The notes beneath the pieces were generated by a model that searched no databases, was not told the DNA's origin, and worked only from the letters and a program-made list of their open reading frames with translations. This document shows, in pieces, positions 1 through 9,636 of a stretch of 31,049 nucleotides of DNA. Each line of letters begins with the position of its first letter. The stretch's first letter is position 1. Both the position numbers and the translations under genes were made by a program. The DNA is from Candidatus Methylomirabilia bacterium (GTDB lineage: Bacteria > Methylomirabilota > Methylomirabilia > Rokubacteriales > CSP1-6). The stretch lies in NCBI GenBank assembly GCA_041492755.1, contig JBGPXN010000045.1, positions 1-31,049 of the forward strand, written 5' to 3'.

Positions 1-1500
1 ATCGCCGATGGCTTCAGCCGGACCACGAACGGCCGGCGTCTCGGCGTGTTCGCCATGCAGTACGGACCGGGCGCGGAGAACGCGTTTCCGGGCGTGGCCA
101 CCGCGTATTCCGATTCGGTGCCCCTGCTCGTCCTGCCGCTTGGACATCAGCGCGATCGCGCGCAGGTGTTTCCGTTGTTCAGCTCGGCCCGGACCTACGC
201 CTCGGTGACGAAGTCGGTCGAGACGCTGAATCTGCCGGAGCAGGTGTCCGAGGTCATGCGCCGGGCTTTCAACCTCCTCAAGATGGGGCGGCTGGGTCCG
301 GTGATGGTCGAGATCCCCGCCGACGTCGCCGTGGCCGAGGTGGGCGAGGCCGCGCTGAGCTACCGGGCGGTGAAAGCCACCTACCCGTCGGGCAACGCGC
401 GGGATATCGAGAGCGCCGCCCGCGTGCTCCTCGACGCGCGTCGGCCCCTGATTCACGCCGGCCAGGGCGTGCTGTACGCCGAGGCCTGCGCCGAGCTGCG
501 GGAGCTCGCCGAGCTGTTGCAGGTGCCGGTGATGACCACGCTCGAGGGCAAGAGCGCGTTTCCGGAGGATCACCCGCTGGCGCTGGGCACCGGCGGCGGC
601 GGCGTGATGTCCGGGCCCGCCTTTCACTTCCTGCGCGACGCCGACGTGGTGCTCGGCATCGGCTGCAGCTTCACGAAGCACGGCATGGCAAGCAACATCC
701 CGGCCGGCAAGACCCTCATTCACGCCACCAACGACGAGCGCGACCTCAACAAGAGCTACGCCACCGACTATCCCGTGCTCGGCGACGCCAAGCCGGTCCT
801 GCGCCAGTTCATCGATGCCGTGAAGGATCTCGCGGGCGCGCGCCCGAAGCGTGATGGCGGCGTGCCCGGCGAGGTCCAAAAGGTCCGTGACGCCTGGATG
901 AAGGAGTGGATGCCGAAGCTCACCTCGGACGAGGTGCCGATCACGCCATATCGCGTGATCTGGGACTTCATGCAGGCGATCGATCCGCGCGAGGCGATCG
1001 TCACCCACGATTCCGGCAGTCCGCGCAACCAGATGGTGCCGTTCTATCGCGCGACCACGCCGCGCGGCTACATGGGCTGGGGGAAGTCGCACGCGCTCGG
1101 CACAGGCCTGGGACTGATCATGGGCGCCAAGCTCGCGGCCCCCGACAAGTTCTGCGCGAACTTCATGGGCGACGCCGCCTTCGGGATGACCGGGCTCGAC
1201 TTCGAGACCGCCGTGCGCTGCGGGATTCCGATCACGACGATCGTGCTCAACAACTCCGCGATGGCGATCGAAAAGCACGCGCTCGTCGTCTCGCACGACA
1301 AGTACCGCACACGGGACATCGGCGGCAACTACGCGGATCTCGGCCGGGCGATGGGCGGCTACGTCGAGCGCGTGGAGAAGCCCGCCGAAATCGTTCCCGC
1401 CCTCCAGCGCGCGCGCAAGGCCAACGCGGACGGCCAGGCCGCGCTCCTGGAGTTCATCACCAGCCAGGAGATCGAGTTCTCCCACCGCCGGGCGTTGTAA
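1..1500 (+). CDS. Thiamine-diphosphate-dependent enzyme (acetolactate synthase large-subunit-like family), 5' end outside window
   Basis: Frame is open from base 1 (IADGFSRTT...QYGPGAEN). Contains the ThDP-binding motif GDAAFGM...NN and a central GQGVLYA/TTLEGKS domain. Stop TAA at 1498-1500. Confidence 0.9.
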   Translation: MADGFSRTTNGRRLGVFAMQYGPGAENAFPGVATAYSDSVPLLVLPLGHQRDRAQVFPLFSSARTYASVTKSVETLNLPEQVSEVMRRAFNLLKMGRLGPVMVEIPADVAVAEVGEAALSYRAVKATYPSGNARDIESAARVLLDARRPLIHAGQGVLYAEACAELRELAELLQVPVMTTLEGKSAFPEDHPLALGTGGGGVMSGPAFHFLRDADVVLGIGCSFTKHGMASNIPAGKTLIHATNDERDLNKSYATDYPVLGDAKPVLRQFIDAVKDLAGARPKRDGGVPGEVQKVRDAWMKEWMPKLTSDEVPITPYRVIWDFMQAIDPREAIVTHDSGSPRNQMVPFYRATTPRGYMGWGKSHALGTGLGLIMGAKLAAPDKFCANFMGDAAFGMTGLDFETAVRCGIPITTIVLNNSAMAIEKHALVVSHDKYRTRDIGGNYADLGRAMGGYVERVEKPAEIVPALQRARKANADGQAALLEFITSQEIEFSHRRAL

Positions 1501-1525
1501 CCCGCGCCACTCGCACCGCGGCCGG

Positions 1526-1690
1526 CGGGCGATCAACGACGCGGGGGGTGGGGAGGGGTCACTCCACCACGAGGGTTGCGTTCGCATGACCGGTGGCGGC
1601 TGGGCGCCATCTGGCGGGTTGCTTCCGCTTGTTGCGCGAGGGAAACGGGTTCCGTGACCCCTCCCCACCCCCCACGCCGTTGATCGCCCG
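1526..1690. repeat. 165-bp element with 37-bp terminal inverted repeats (MITE/REP-like)
   Basis: 1526-1562 (cgggcgatcaacgacgcggggggtggggaggggtcac) matches the reverse complement of 1654-1690 at 35/37 positions. Lies between convergent genes. Confidence 0.85.
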
Positions 1691-1691
1691 G

Positions 1692-2450
1692 CTACCGCAT
1701 GTACTGGCCGCCGTTGACGTGGATCGTCTGGCCGGTGATCCAGCGCGCGGCGGCGGAGGCCAGGAACACGGCGACGTCGGCGACATCGGCAGGCTGGCCG
1801 AGCCGGCCGAGCGGGATGGCGCGCCCGATCTCCTGCATCGTCTCCTCGCTGTGCTCGTAGCGCGGCTGGGCCGTGTCGGTCGTCCCGGGCGCAATGGCGT
1901 TGACGCGGATGTGGTGGGGCGCCAGGGCGAGCGCCATCGCGCGCGTCATCGTCACCACGCCGCCCTTGCTGGCCGAGTAGTGGACGCCGAGCGGTGCGCC
2001 GCGGATCGCCGATGACGCGAGGTTGACGATGGCACCGCCGCGGCCGGCCGCGACCATCGCGCGCGCCGCGGCCTGGGCGCACAGGAAGCTGCCTTTGAGG
2101 TTCACGTCGAGCACCTGGTCCCAGTCGCTCTCGCGCATGTCGAGGAACGAAACCCGCGGGTAGACGCCGGCGTTGTTCACGAGCGCGTCCGGCGGACCCA
2201 GCTCCTTCACCGTCGTCGCCACCATGGCCTGCGCGTCGGCCGCGCGGGAGACGTCGCCCTGGATGAGGACGGCGCGACGGCCGTGGGCGCGAACGTCCGT
2301 CGCCACGCTCTCGGCGGCGGTCTTGTCGTCGAGGTAGTTCAAGGCCACGTCGGCGCCGTGACGGGCGAACGCCAGCGCCATGGCCCGGCCGATTCCCTGC
2401 TGAGCGCCGGTGACCAGCGCGACCTTCCCCGCCAGACGCATGGCTTCCAT
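1692..2450 (-). CDS. SDR family oxidoreductase (FabG-like)
   Basis: Motifs TGAQQGIG, NNAG, YSASK and NAIAPG. ATG at 2450 overlaps the stop of the upstream gene (TGATG). Confidence 0.93.
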   Translation of the reverse strand: MEAMRLAGKVALVTGAQQGIGRAMALAFARHGADVALNYLDDKTAAESVATDVRAHGRRAVLIQGDVSRAADAQAMVATTVKELGPPDALVNNAGVYPRVSFLDMRESDWDQVLDVNLKGSFLCAQAAARAMVAAGRGGAIVNLASSAIRGAPLGVHYSASKGGVVTMTRAMALALAPHHIRVNAIAPGTTDTAQPRYEHSEETMQEIGRAIPLGRLGQPADVADVAVFLASAAARWITGQTIHVNGGQYMR

Positions 2451-3181
2451 CACGAGGCTCCTCCCCGCACGCCGCCGCCGAGATACAGGCGCCGGATCTC
2501 CGGATTGTCGAGCAGCTCGCGGCCCGCGCCCTCGAAGCGGTTTCGCCCCAGCTCCAGGACGTAGCCGCGATCGGAGATCTCGAGCGCGCGTGCCGCGTTC
2601 TGCTCTACCAGCATCACGGTGAGGCCGTCACGCACGAGGTCGACGATCTTGTCGAACACCTCGTCGACGAAGCGCGGGCTCAGCCCGAGCGAGGGCTCGT
2701 CGAGCATCATCATCCGCGGGCGCATCATGAGGGCGCGGCCCATGGCGAGCATCTGCTGCTCGCCGCCGCTCATCGTGCCCGCGAGCTGGCGGCGGCGCTC
2801 GCCGAGGCGGGGAAACAGCGAGAACACGAACTCCATGGCGGCCTTGATCTTCGTGGCGTCGCGCTCGAGGTAGGCCCCCATCTCGAGGTTCTCGCGGACG
2901 GTCATCTGGCTGAAGACCACGCGCCCCTGCGGGACGTACCCGAGCCCGAGGCCGAGGACGCGGTCCGGGCGCTGGCCGATCAGGCTGCGGCCGTCGAACA
3001 CGATCTCGCCTCCCAGGTGCGTGATGAAGCCCATGATGACCTTGAACGTCGTCGACTTGCCGGCCCCGTTCGGCCCGATCACCGACACCACCTCGCCCGC
3101 GTTCACGTGGAGCGACACGCCGTGCAGGATCTGGATCGAGCCGTAGCCGGCCTCGATGTCGCGGAGCTCGAGCAGCGCCAC
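2450..3181 (-). CDS. livF: Branched-chain amino acid-type ABC transporter ATP-binding protein (LivF-like)
   Basis: Walker A GPNGAGKST, signature MSGGEQQ, Walker B LDEPSLGL, VEQN. Confidence 0.92.
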   Translation of the reverse strand: MALLELRDIEAGYGSIQILHGVSLHVNAGEVVSVIGPNGAGKSTTFKVIMGFITHLGGEIVFDGRSLIGQRPDRVLGLGLGYVPQGRVVFSQMTVRENLEMGAYLERDATKIKAAMEFVFSLFPRLGERRRQLAGTMSGGEQQMLAMGRALMMRPRMMMLDEPSLGLSPRFVDEVFDKIVDLVRDGLTVMLVEQNAARALEISDRGYVLELGRNRFEGAGRELLDNPEIRRLYLGGGVRGGAS

Positions 3182-3185
3182 CGGA

Positions 3186-3947
3186 TCAGCTCCGCCGCCG
3201 GCCGAAGTACGCTTCGAGGACCCGCTCGTCGCGCTGGATCTCGGCCGGCGGGCCCTCGGCGATCGTCACGCCGTAGTCCATGACGAAGATCCGCTCGCAG
3301 TGGTTCATGATCACGTTCATGTCGTGCTCGACGATCAGGATCGTCTTGCCCCCTTCCTGTAACCGGTGGATGTGGTCGAGCAGGTGCTGGAGTAGCGTCC
3401 GGTTCACGCCGGCCGCCGGCTCGTCGAGCAGGATGAGGTCCGGGTCGGTCATGAGCGCGCGGACGAACTCCAGGAGCTTCTGCTGCCCATACGAGAGGCG
3501 CCCGGCGTATTCGCCGCGCAGATGCGTGAGGTTCACGAAGGCGATCAGCTCCTCGGCCCGCGCGCGCGCGATGGGCCGGGGCATCCCGAGCCCGGTCACC
3601 GAGAGCATGTTCTCGAGGACCGTCATCTCCCGGAAGACGCGGGTGATCTGGAACGTCCGCGTGATGCCCTTGCGGAAGATCTGAAAGGGCTTGAGGCCGG
3701 CGAGGTTCTCGCCGCCGTAGAGGACGGCCCCGCTGTCGGGCGCGACGAGGCCGGTGAGCAGATTGAACGTCGTGGTCTTGCCGGAGCCGTTCGGGCCGAT
3801 GAGTCCGGAGATCTTCCCGCGGGGGACGGCGAAGCTGCAGCCGTCGACCGCCCGCACGCCGCCGAACGCCTTCCGGAGGTCCCGCACGTCCAGGGCGATG
3901 CCGTCGGGGCCGGGAGCGGTCAGTGGACCATCCCCTTCCGCGCCCAC
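3186..3947 (-). CDS. livG: ABC transporter ATP-binding protein (LivG-like)
   Basis: Motifs GPNGSGKTT, LSYGQQ, LDEPAAG, VEHDM. True start is uncertain; it may be the CTG at 3923 overlapping the upstream TGA. Confidence 0.9.
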   Translation of the reverse strand: MGAEGDGPLTAPGPDGIALDVRDLRKAFGGVRAVDGCSFAVPRGKISGLIGPNGSGKTTTFNLLTGLVAPDSGAVLYGGENLAGLKPFQIFRKGITRTFQITRVFREMTVLENMLSVTGLGMPRPIARARAEELIAFVNLTHLRGEYAGRLSYGQQKLLEFVRALMTDPDLILLDEPAAGVNRTLLQHLLDHIHRLQEGGKTILIVEHDMNVIMNHCERIFVMDYGVTIAEGPPAEIQRDERVLEAYFGRRRS

Positions 3948-4858
3948 CCCCGGTCGATCGCGAACCCCATGAGGCCGCGGGGCATGAACCGCGCGACCAG
4001 GATGATGAACAGGCCGTACGCGATGAGGTGCGCCGTCGGGAAATTGACCCAGGACAGCTCCTGCACCGTGTAGAGCAGGACCGCCCCCACGATTGGCCCG
4101 ATGACGGTCCCCTTGCCGCCGAGCATGGACATGAGCGCCATGGCGATGGTGATCTGCACGAAGAACACCGCGGGGGGGTCGATGTACAGGACCTTGTAAG
4201 TTTGGATGCCACCGGCGACGGCCGGGAACACCGCCGAGAGCACGAAGGCCGCCAGCTTGTAAAGCGTCGCATCGATGCCGAGCGCCTCGGCGGCCACTTC
4301 GTCCTCGCGGATGGCGTTGAGGCGGACGCCGAACCGGGAGTGCCCGACCCCGTAGGCGACCACGATCGTCACCAGCATCAGCACCAGCATCGCGTAGTAG
4401 GTCTCGAAGGAGGTCTCGGCGCTGGGCAGGCTGATGCCGAGCCCCCCGTGGGTCACGCTGTCCCAGACGGTGGCGACGACGCGCGTCCCCTCCGCCGCCC
4501 CCAGCATGGCGATGGCGAAATACGGGCCCTTGAGGCGCAGCACCGGATAGCCGATCGCCACCCCGATCACGGCGGCCAGCCCGGCGCCCGCGCCCAGCGT
4601 GGCGATCCAGTGCCAGCCGTAGTCGGCGACCAGGATCGCGCAGGCGTAGGCGCCGATGCCGTAGAACACCACGTGCCCGAACGAGGTGTAGCCGGTGAAG
4701 CCGCTGATGATGTTCCAGCTCAGGGCGAGGACGACGTACATCATGGTGAAGAGCACGAACGAGCGCAGATAGACGCTGAGGACGGGCGGGAGGAAGGTGA
4801 GGAACAGGCCCGCGGCGGCGAACAGGACGAGAGCGCGGACGTGATCGCGTCGCTTCAC
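3920..4858 (-). CDS. livM: Branched-chain amino acid ABC permease (LivM-like)
   Basis: SWNIISGFTGYTSFGH, LRLKGPYFAIA, AIREDEVAAEALGI; multiple hydrophobic segments. Confidence 0.92.
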   Translation of the reverse strand: MKRRDHVRALVLFAAAGLFLTFLPPVLSVYLRSFVLFTMMYVVLALSWNIISGFTGYTSFGHVVFYGIGAYACAILVADYGWHWIATLGAGAGLAAVIGVAIGYPVLRLKGPYFAIAMLGAAEGTRVVATVWDSVTHGGLGISLPSAETSFETYYAMLVLMLVTIVVAYGVGHSRFGVRLNAIREDEVAAEALGIDATLYKLAAFVLSAVFPAVAGGIQTYKVLYIDPPAVFFVQITIAMALMSMLGGKGTVIGPIVGAVLLYTVQELSWVNFPTAHLIAYGLFIILVARFMPRGLMGFAIDRGWARKGMVH

Positions 4859-4865
4859 CGCGTCC

Positions 4866-5852
4866 TCAGCCCTCCTTGACGCCCATGAGCCCGCCCGGCC
4901 GGATGAGCAGCACGAAGATCATCAGCCCGTAGGCGGCCAGCTCGACCATGGCCGTGCCGTTGGGGACCAGGAGGGAGACCAGGTTCTCGAGGACCGCCAG
5001 CATGAATCCGCCGATGAGCGCGCCGAGGTAGTGGCCGCGCCCGCCCAGGATGACGATGGCGAAGGCCTGCAGCGTGTAGACGACGCCGGTCTCGGGGTTG
5101 AACCCGAACTGGATCGACACCAGCGCTCCGCCCGCCACGGCCAGGGCCGCGGCGAGGCCGGTCGTGATCAGGTAGATCCAGCGCACGTCGATCCCGCACA
5201 CCATGGCCACCTCGGCGTTCAGGGCGGTCGCGCGGACGGCCTTGCCCAGGCGGCTCCACTTCAAGAAGAGGTAGACGCCGGCGGAGATCGCCACCGCCAT
5301 CACGAAGCTGATGACTCGGTTCTGGCCGATCGCGATGGTGCGTGTGAGCTGAATGGTTCCGGGGGCGTACGGGATCGTCCGGAAGTCGGTGGTGAAGATC
5401 AGCTCCGCCGTGTAGATCATCGTGAGGCCGAGGCCGAAGGTGATCAGCAGCCCCGTCAGCTCGGGGGCGCCGACGGCGGCGTTCAGCAGCAGCTTCTGGA
5501 CGGCCAGGCCGAACAGGAAGGCCACGGGCAGGGTCAGGACCAGGGCCAGAAGGGGATCGACACCCAGGTAGAAGAAGGAGACCCACGTGAGATAGGCGCC
5601 CATCATCACCATCTCGCCGTGGGCGGCGTTGATGATGCGCATCACGCCGAAGATCAGCGTCAGCCCCACCGCGAACATCGCATAGACGCCGCCCTGCATG
5701 ACGCCGGCGATGACGACGGTGGCCAGGTTCGCCAGCCCTCCCGCGTCGAGGTGAAGGGTTCCGGCCCAGGCGCCGACCAGGAAGGGCAGCCCGTAGGCGA
5801 ACGCCAGGAAGGCGCCGAGCAGGTAGAGGCTGCGGACCTCGCTCCGCTCCAT
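4866..5852 (-). CDS. livH: Branched-chain amino acid ABC permease (LivH-like)
   Basis: GLTLIFGVMRIINAAHGE, GKAVRATA, ILGG, RPGGLMG. Confidence 0.92.
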   Translation of the reverse strand: MERSEVRSLYLLGAFLAFAYGLPFLVGAWAGTLHLDAGGLANLATVVIAGVMQGGVYAMFAVGLTLIFGVMRIINAAHGEMVMMGAYLTWVSFFYLGVDPLLALVLTLPVAFLFGLAVQKLLLNAAVGAPELTGLLITFGLGLTMIYTAELIFTTDFRTIPYAPGTIQLTRTIAIGQNRVISFVMAVAISAGVYLFLKWSRLGKAVRATALNAEVAMVCGIDVRWIYLITTGLAAALAVAGGALVSIQFGFNPETGVVYTLQAFAIVILGGRGHYLGALIGGFMLAVLENLVSLLVPNGTAMVELAAYGLMIFVLLIRPGGLMGVKEG

Positions 5853-5906
5853 CCGTCAGGGACTCGTCACCGGGCCGCCGCGGCCGGCCCGGCCCCGGAC
5901 GGCGAA

Positions 5907-5937
5907 GGGCCGGGAGCGCTCACGCGACTCCCGGCCC
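5907..5937 (-). other. Intercistronic stem-loop after the substrate-binding protein gene (mRNA stabiliser or partial terminator)
   Basis: gggccgggag (5907-5916) pairs perfectly with ctcccggccc (5928-5937). This is the usual position for such stem-loops in ABC operons. Confidence 0.55.
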
Positions 5938-5965
5938 CAGCCCAGACACGCGCACCGAGCCGCGC

Positions 5966-7174
5966 TTACCGCTTGCTCCACTCCGGCATCGGCAGCTCGG
6001 CTTTCGTCTCCGCATACTTCTCGGGGTACACGACCTTGCGCTGGCCGCGGAGGATCTGGAAGGTGATGCCCTCGTGGGAGTTCATCCCCTTGGCGTCGAC
6101 CTTGTAGCGGCCGAACATCGTGGTCATGTCGAGCGTCGCCATGGCCTCGCGGATCTTCTCGCTGTCGAAGCTCCCCGTCTTCTTGATCGCGGCCTCGGTC
6201 ACCATCAGGGCGCCGTACGCGCCGCCCGCGTGGTAGTTCGGCTTCTCGTTGAACCGCTTCTCGTAGGCCTCGATGTACTCCTTCATGCCCGGCAGGTTGA
6301 ACACGTTCGGCAGCGGTTCCCACTGGCTGAAGCCGAGCACGTACTCGGCCGTGTTGCCGAGCTGCTCGGGGAAGTTCGGGAGGCCGGGTCCCACCGTGCT
6401 CGAGTACAGCTTGAAGTTGATGTTCTGCTCGCGCATCTGCCGGAGCTGGGCGGCGGAGTCGGCGAAGTAGCTGTTCGAGATGAGGGCCTCGGCGCCGGCG
6501 GCCCGGACCTTCTGGAGCAGTGCGGTGAAGTCCATCTGCTTCGGCGGATAGTTCTCCTGGAGCACGACCTCGATGCCGAGTTTCTCCGCCCAGTCCTTGG
6601 CGCCCTTGCCCGCCTGGCGCGGGAACAGGCTGTCCTGGCCGATGATCGCGACCTTCTTCACGCCGATCTGCTTGGCCAGGTGCATGGCGCCCTTCTGGTA
6701 GTCCTCGGCGACGGCCACGATGTTGAAGATGTACTTCCGCCCCTTCTCCCAGATCGGGGTGGAGGCCGCGCCGTAGGCGACGAAGGGCATCTTGTAGCGC
6801 TCGTTGACGTTGGCCACCGCCTCGGTGATGCCGCTCGAGTACGGCGCCAGCAGCACGTCGACCTTGTCTTCCGTGATGAGCTTCTCGTAGAGCTTGATCG
6901 CCGTCTGGGTGTCGGACTTGTCGTCGAGCAGGATCAGCTTGATCTTGTGCCCGAGCAGCCCACCGTGGCCGTTGACCTCGTCGACCCAGAGCTTGATCGA
7001 GTTGACCTGCCGGCCCGCCGGCTCGGCGTACTGGCCGGTCTGGGAGATCGCTCCGCCGACCAGGGCCTCGTTGTTCGGCCGATGGTTGGCCCAGGCGGGG
7101 TCGAGCCCCAGCGCGAGCAAGGCGGCGGTAGCCCCGAGCAGCCACAGGCGGAACGTCAGGCGTTGTGAGCGCAT
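5966..7174 (-). CDS. Amino acid ABC transporter substrate-binding protein (LivJ/K superfamily)
   Basis: ATG at 7174 follows a GGAGG RBS. Signal peptide ...PAWA; motifs VNGHGGLLG, DDKSD, APYSSG. Confidence 0.9.
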   Translation of the reverse strand: MRSQRLTFRLWLLGATAALLALGLDPAWANHRPNNEALVGGAISQTGQYAEPAGRQVNSIKLWVDEVNGHGGLLGHKIKLILLDDKSDTQTAIKLYEKLITEDKVDVLLAPYSSGITEAVANVNERYKMPFVAYGAASTPIWEKGRKYIFNIVAVAEDYQKGAMHLAKQIGVKKVAIIGQDSLFPRQAGKGAKDWAEKLGIEVVLQENYPPKQMDFTALLQKVRAAGAEALISNSYFADSAAQLRQMREQNINFKLYSSTVGPGLPNFPEQLGNTAEYVLGFSQWEPLPNVFNLPGMKEYIEAYEKRFNEKPNYHAGGAYGALMVTEAAIKKTGSFDSEKIREAMATLDMTTMFGRYKVDAKGMNSHEGITFQILRGQRKVVYPEKYAETKAELPMPEWSKR

Positions 7175-7239
7175 AGCATCTTTCCTCCCTCGTGATCGAA
7201 CGGCACCGACCGGAGCGAGAAGGTCTCTGACGGGCGCCA

Positions 7240-7269
7240 ACTTTACAGGAGCATCCGCCTGTCAGGCAA
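7240..7269 (-). promoter_or_regulatory. Possible sigma70-type promoter for the ABC transporter genes
   Basis: Minus strand TTGCCT-N18-TAAAGT. The spacer contains a short acagg...cctgt palindrome. Confidence 0.35.
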
Positions 7270-7291
7270 CCCCGACGTCCCAGCCGGTTCT

Positions 7292-9490
7292 TCAGGCGTC
7301 CAGGTACACGGGGCTCGTCCACGCCTGGGCACCGTCCTCCTGCGTGACCCGGATCCAGTAGGCGTGGCACGCGCCGCGGGGCGGCGTGGGATCGGTGGCG
7401 TCGAAGCGCAGCTCGCGGGCGAGGTCGCGCACAGGCAGGCGGCGGGCGAACACGCGGAGATCCACGCCACCGGCCGGGAACGTGCGCGTGGCGCCGCCGG
7501 CCAGGTCGGCGAGGCGCACGTCGACGTCGATCACCGGCGTCCGGAACTTCACGACGGCGTCCGGCGGGGCATCGACGTCCAGGTCCACGCCGTCGTCATC
7601 GCCCGTCGTGTTGGAGACCCAGTCGATGCGTTGCGGCTCGCGGCGCGTGATGCCTTTTTCCGGGTTCTCCATGGCGTAGACTTCGGCGCCCAGGATGCGG
7701 CCAGCGGACAGCTCGAGGTGGCCGTCCCAGGTCGTCAGGCGGTCGCGTCCCCGCACCCGCGAGCCCGCCCATGCGATCCGGTAGCGGGTGGAGCCTTCGA
7801 ACGACGCGGCGCTGTAGGGGGACACCGTCGCCAGGCGCTCGAGCCCACGGAAGACGTCGATGCGCTCGAGGGGCCCCATGCCGGCGGCGCGGCCCGTGAT
7901 CCGCACGGGGCCGTCCGCGCGGCCGGCGGCGCCCATGGGCAAACCGTTGACGGCCAACTCCACGTGAATCCGCTGCGCGGCGGTGACGCCGTAGCAGCGC
8001 CGCGCCTTGAGGGCGTCGAAGATCGCCTCGCGAGTCAGCGACTCCGCGAGCACGCAGGTGAGCCCGCCATAGGCGCCGAACTGCGAGGCCCCGGGGTGGC
8101 TGGCGCCGGGGCGTCCCTTGTGGCCATCGGAGTTGGCGACGACGCCGACCCGATAGCCCGCGCGCAGCGCGTCCTCCAGCAGCCACTCGAAGCGTCCCCA
8201 GTCGGAGTAGATCTCGACCACGGGCTCGAGCGCCGGATCGTGGAAGCCGACGATGTCCGCGTAGCGGCCGCCGATGTGCGGGATCAGGAGCACGTCGTCG
8301 CGCCCCGCGAGCTGCGCGAACAGGTCGGTGACCGGGAAACAGTCGGTCGCCGCATCGGCCATGTCGTCCACTTCGGCGTGCGACGAGCGATGGAGCGCGG
8401 CCACGTCGCCCCGGTACATGACGTTGCGGTCACCGCCGCCCGGCGTCATGCCCGACCACTCGTAGCCGACGAAGATCACGCAGCGGCCGTCCGCGTGGAA
8501 GCGCTCGATCTGGCGGCGCAGCCGCTGCCACTCGTCCTCGGTGACCTGAAAGTCGTTGGCCTGGTGGCACATCATGTCGAGCAGGGCCACGTCGCGCCCG
8601 AACTCGAAGTACTCCTCGATCGTCCCGGTGCCCACCGTCGCCCGCGTCTGGCCGTGCAGATCACCCCAGAACGTGCGCGCCTCGCCGGGCGGCAGCGCGC
8701 GCACGAGGTTCGACTCCACCCGGTGGGCGGCATGGCTGGCCACGAGCCGCGTCTCCGCTCCCGCCGCCGGCAGTCTCAATCCGGACAGGCGGGCGACGGC
8801 AACGTCCCCGGACGTGAATCGCACGGCGGCGGGGAGTCCGCGGACCGACGGGCCGGCGACACCGAGCGCGATCTCGCCCTCGAACCGCTCGCACGGATTG
8901 CCCCACACGTCTTCCGCCTTCACGAGCGCGTCGAAGGGCTCGCCGGAGCGCACGGTGGTGGGCGCGATGACCACGAGCCGGTGGAGCGCGCCGCCGACCA
9001 CGTGCATTTCCGGCGAATCCGCGAGCACCGTGTACACCTCCGTGCCGAAGGGATCGACGAACACGCGCCACTCGCAGCCGCGCTCCCGAAACGTCTGGGC
9101 TCGGGAGCCGGGGCCGCCGGCCGACGTATCACCGAGCGTGATGTGGATGCGGTCGCCCGGGTAGAGCGAGCCGTCGGCGACGGAGGCGACGAGACACTTG
9201 AACCATGGCCGCACCTGGCCGCGCGGCTCGAACGTCACGCTGGCGACCGCGGTCGGACATCGGCTCTCCAGCCGGACCGTGGTGTAGTTCGCTCCCGTGG
9301 GATCGGCGAACTGAGGGCGGCCCCAGTCGGAGGCGAATCGCGAGGCGATCTTGACCCGCGCGCGCTCGTCGTAGCCATACGCGCCGACCTCGTACGTGAA
9401 CGTCCACGTGCCCCACTCGCCGGCCACCACGGGCCGGTCGGGCGTGATCCACGCGCGGCCCACGAAGTGCGGATCGTTCCGGATCGGCAT
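7292..9490 (-). CDS. DUF3604-family / PHP-like metallohydrolase
   Basis: 732 aa with PHP-type metal-ligand motifs WGDLHGQT, HQANDF, GYEWSG, GGDRNV, PHIGGRYA, NSDGHKGRPG and C-terminal AWTSPVY. Confidence 0.8.
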   Translation of the reverse strand: MPIRNDPHFVGRAWITPDRPVVAGEWGTWTFTYEVGAYGYDERARVKIASRFASDWGRPQFADPTGANYTTVRLESRCPTAVASVTFEPRGQVRPWFKCLVASVADGSLYPGDRIHITLGDTSAGGPGSRAQTFRERGCEWRVFVDPFGTEVYTVLADSPEMHVVGGALHRLVVIAPTTVRSGEPFDALVKAEDVWGNPCERFEGEIALGVAGPSVRGLPAAVRFTSGDVAVARLSGLRLPAAGAETRLVASHAAHRVESNLVRALPPGEARTFWGDLHGQTRATVGTGTIEEYFEFGRDVALLDMMCHQANDFQVTEDEWQRLRRQIERFHADGRCVIFVGYEWSGMTPGGGDRNVMYRGDVAALHRSSHAEVDDMADAATDCFPVTDLFAQLAGRDDVLLIPHIGGRYADIVGFHDPALEPVVEIYSDWGRFEWLLEDALRAGYRVGVVANSDGHKGRPGASHPGASQFGAYGGLTCVLAESLTREAIFDALKARRCYGVTAAQRIHVELAVNGLPMGAAGRADGPVRITGRAAGMGPLERIDVFRGLERLATVSPYSAASFEGSTRYRIAWAGSRVRGRDRLTTWDGHLELSAGRILGAEVYAMENPEKGITRREPQRIDWVSNTTGDDDGVDLDVDAPPDAVVKFRTPVIDVDVRLADLAGGATRTFPAGGVDLRVFARRLPVRDLARELRFDATDPTPPRGACHAYWIRVTQEDGAQAWTSPVYLDA

Positions 9491-9547
9491 CGGTGTCGCT
9501 CCCGGCGCGCGACATCTCGCGCGCGGTGGAGTCGGGTTGGCCGCGTG

Positions 9548-9576
9548 AGCATGGGACCGGGGGCGGGGAGTGTCAA
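9548..9576 (-). promoter_or_regulatory. Sigma70-type promoter upstream of the DUF3604 gene
   Basis: Minus strand TTGACA (9576-9571), 17-nt spacer, CATGCT (9553-9548). Confidence 0.55.
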
Positions 9577-9636
9577 GGAGCCGGCGGCCGCGCTTGGGGC
9601 TTGCATGTGCGACGGCGCCGCGGATGATGGTGGGCC

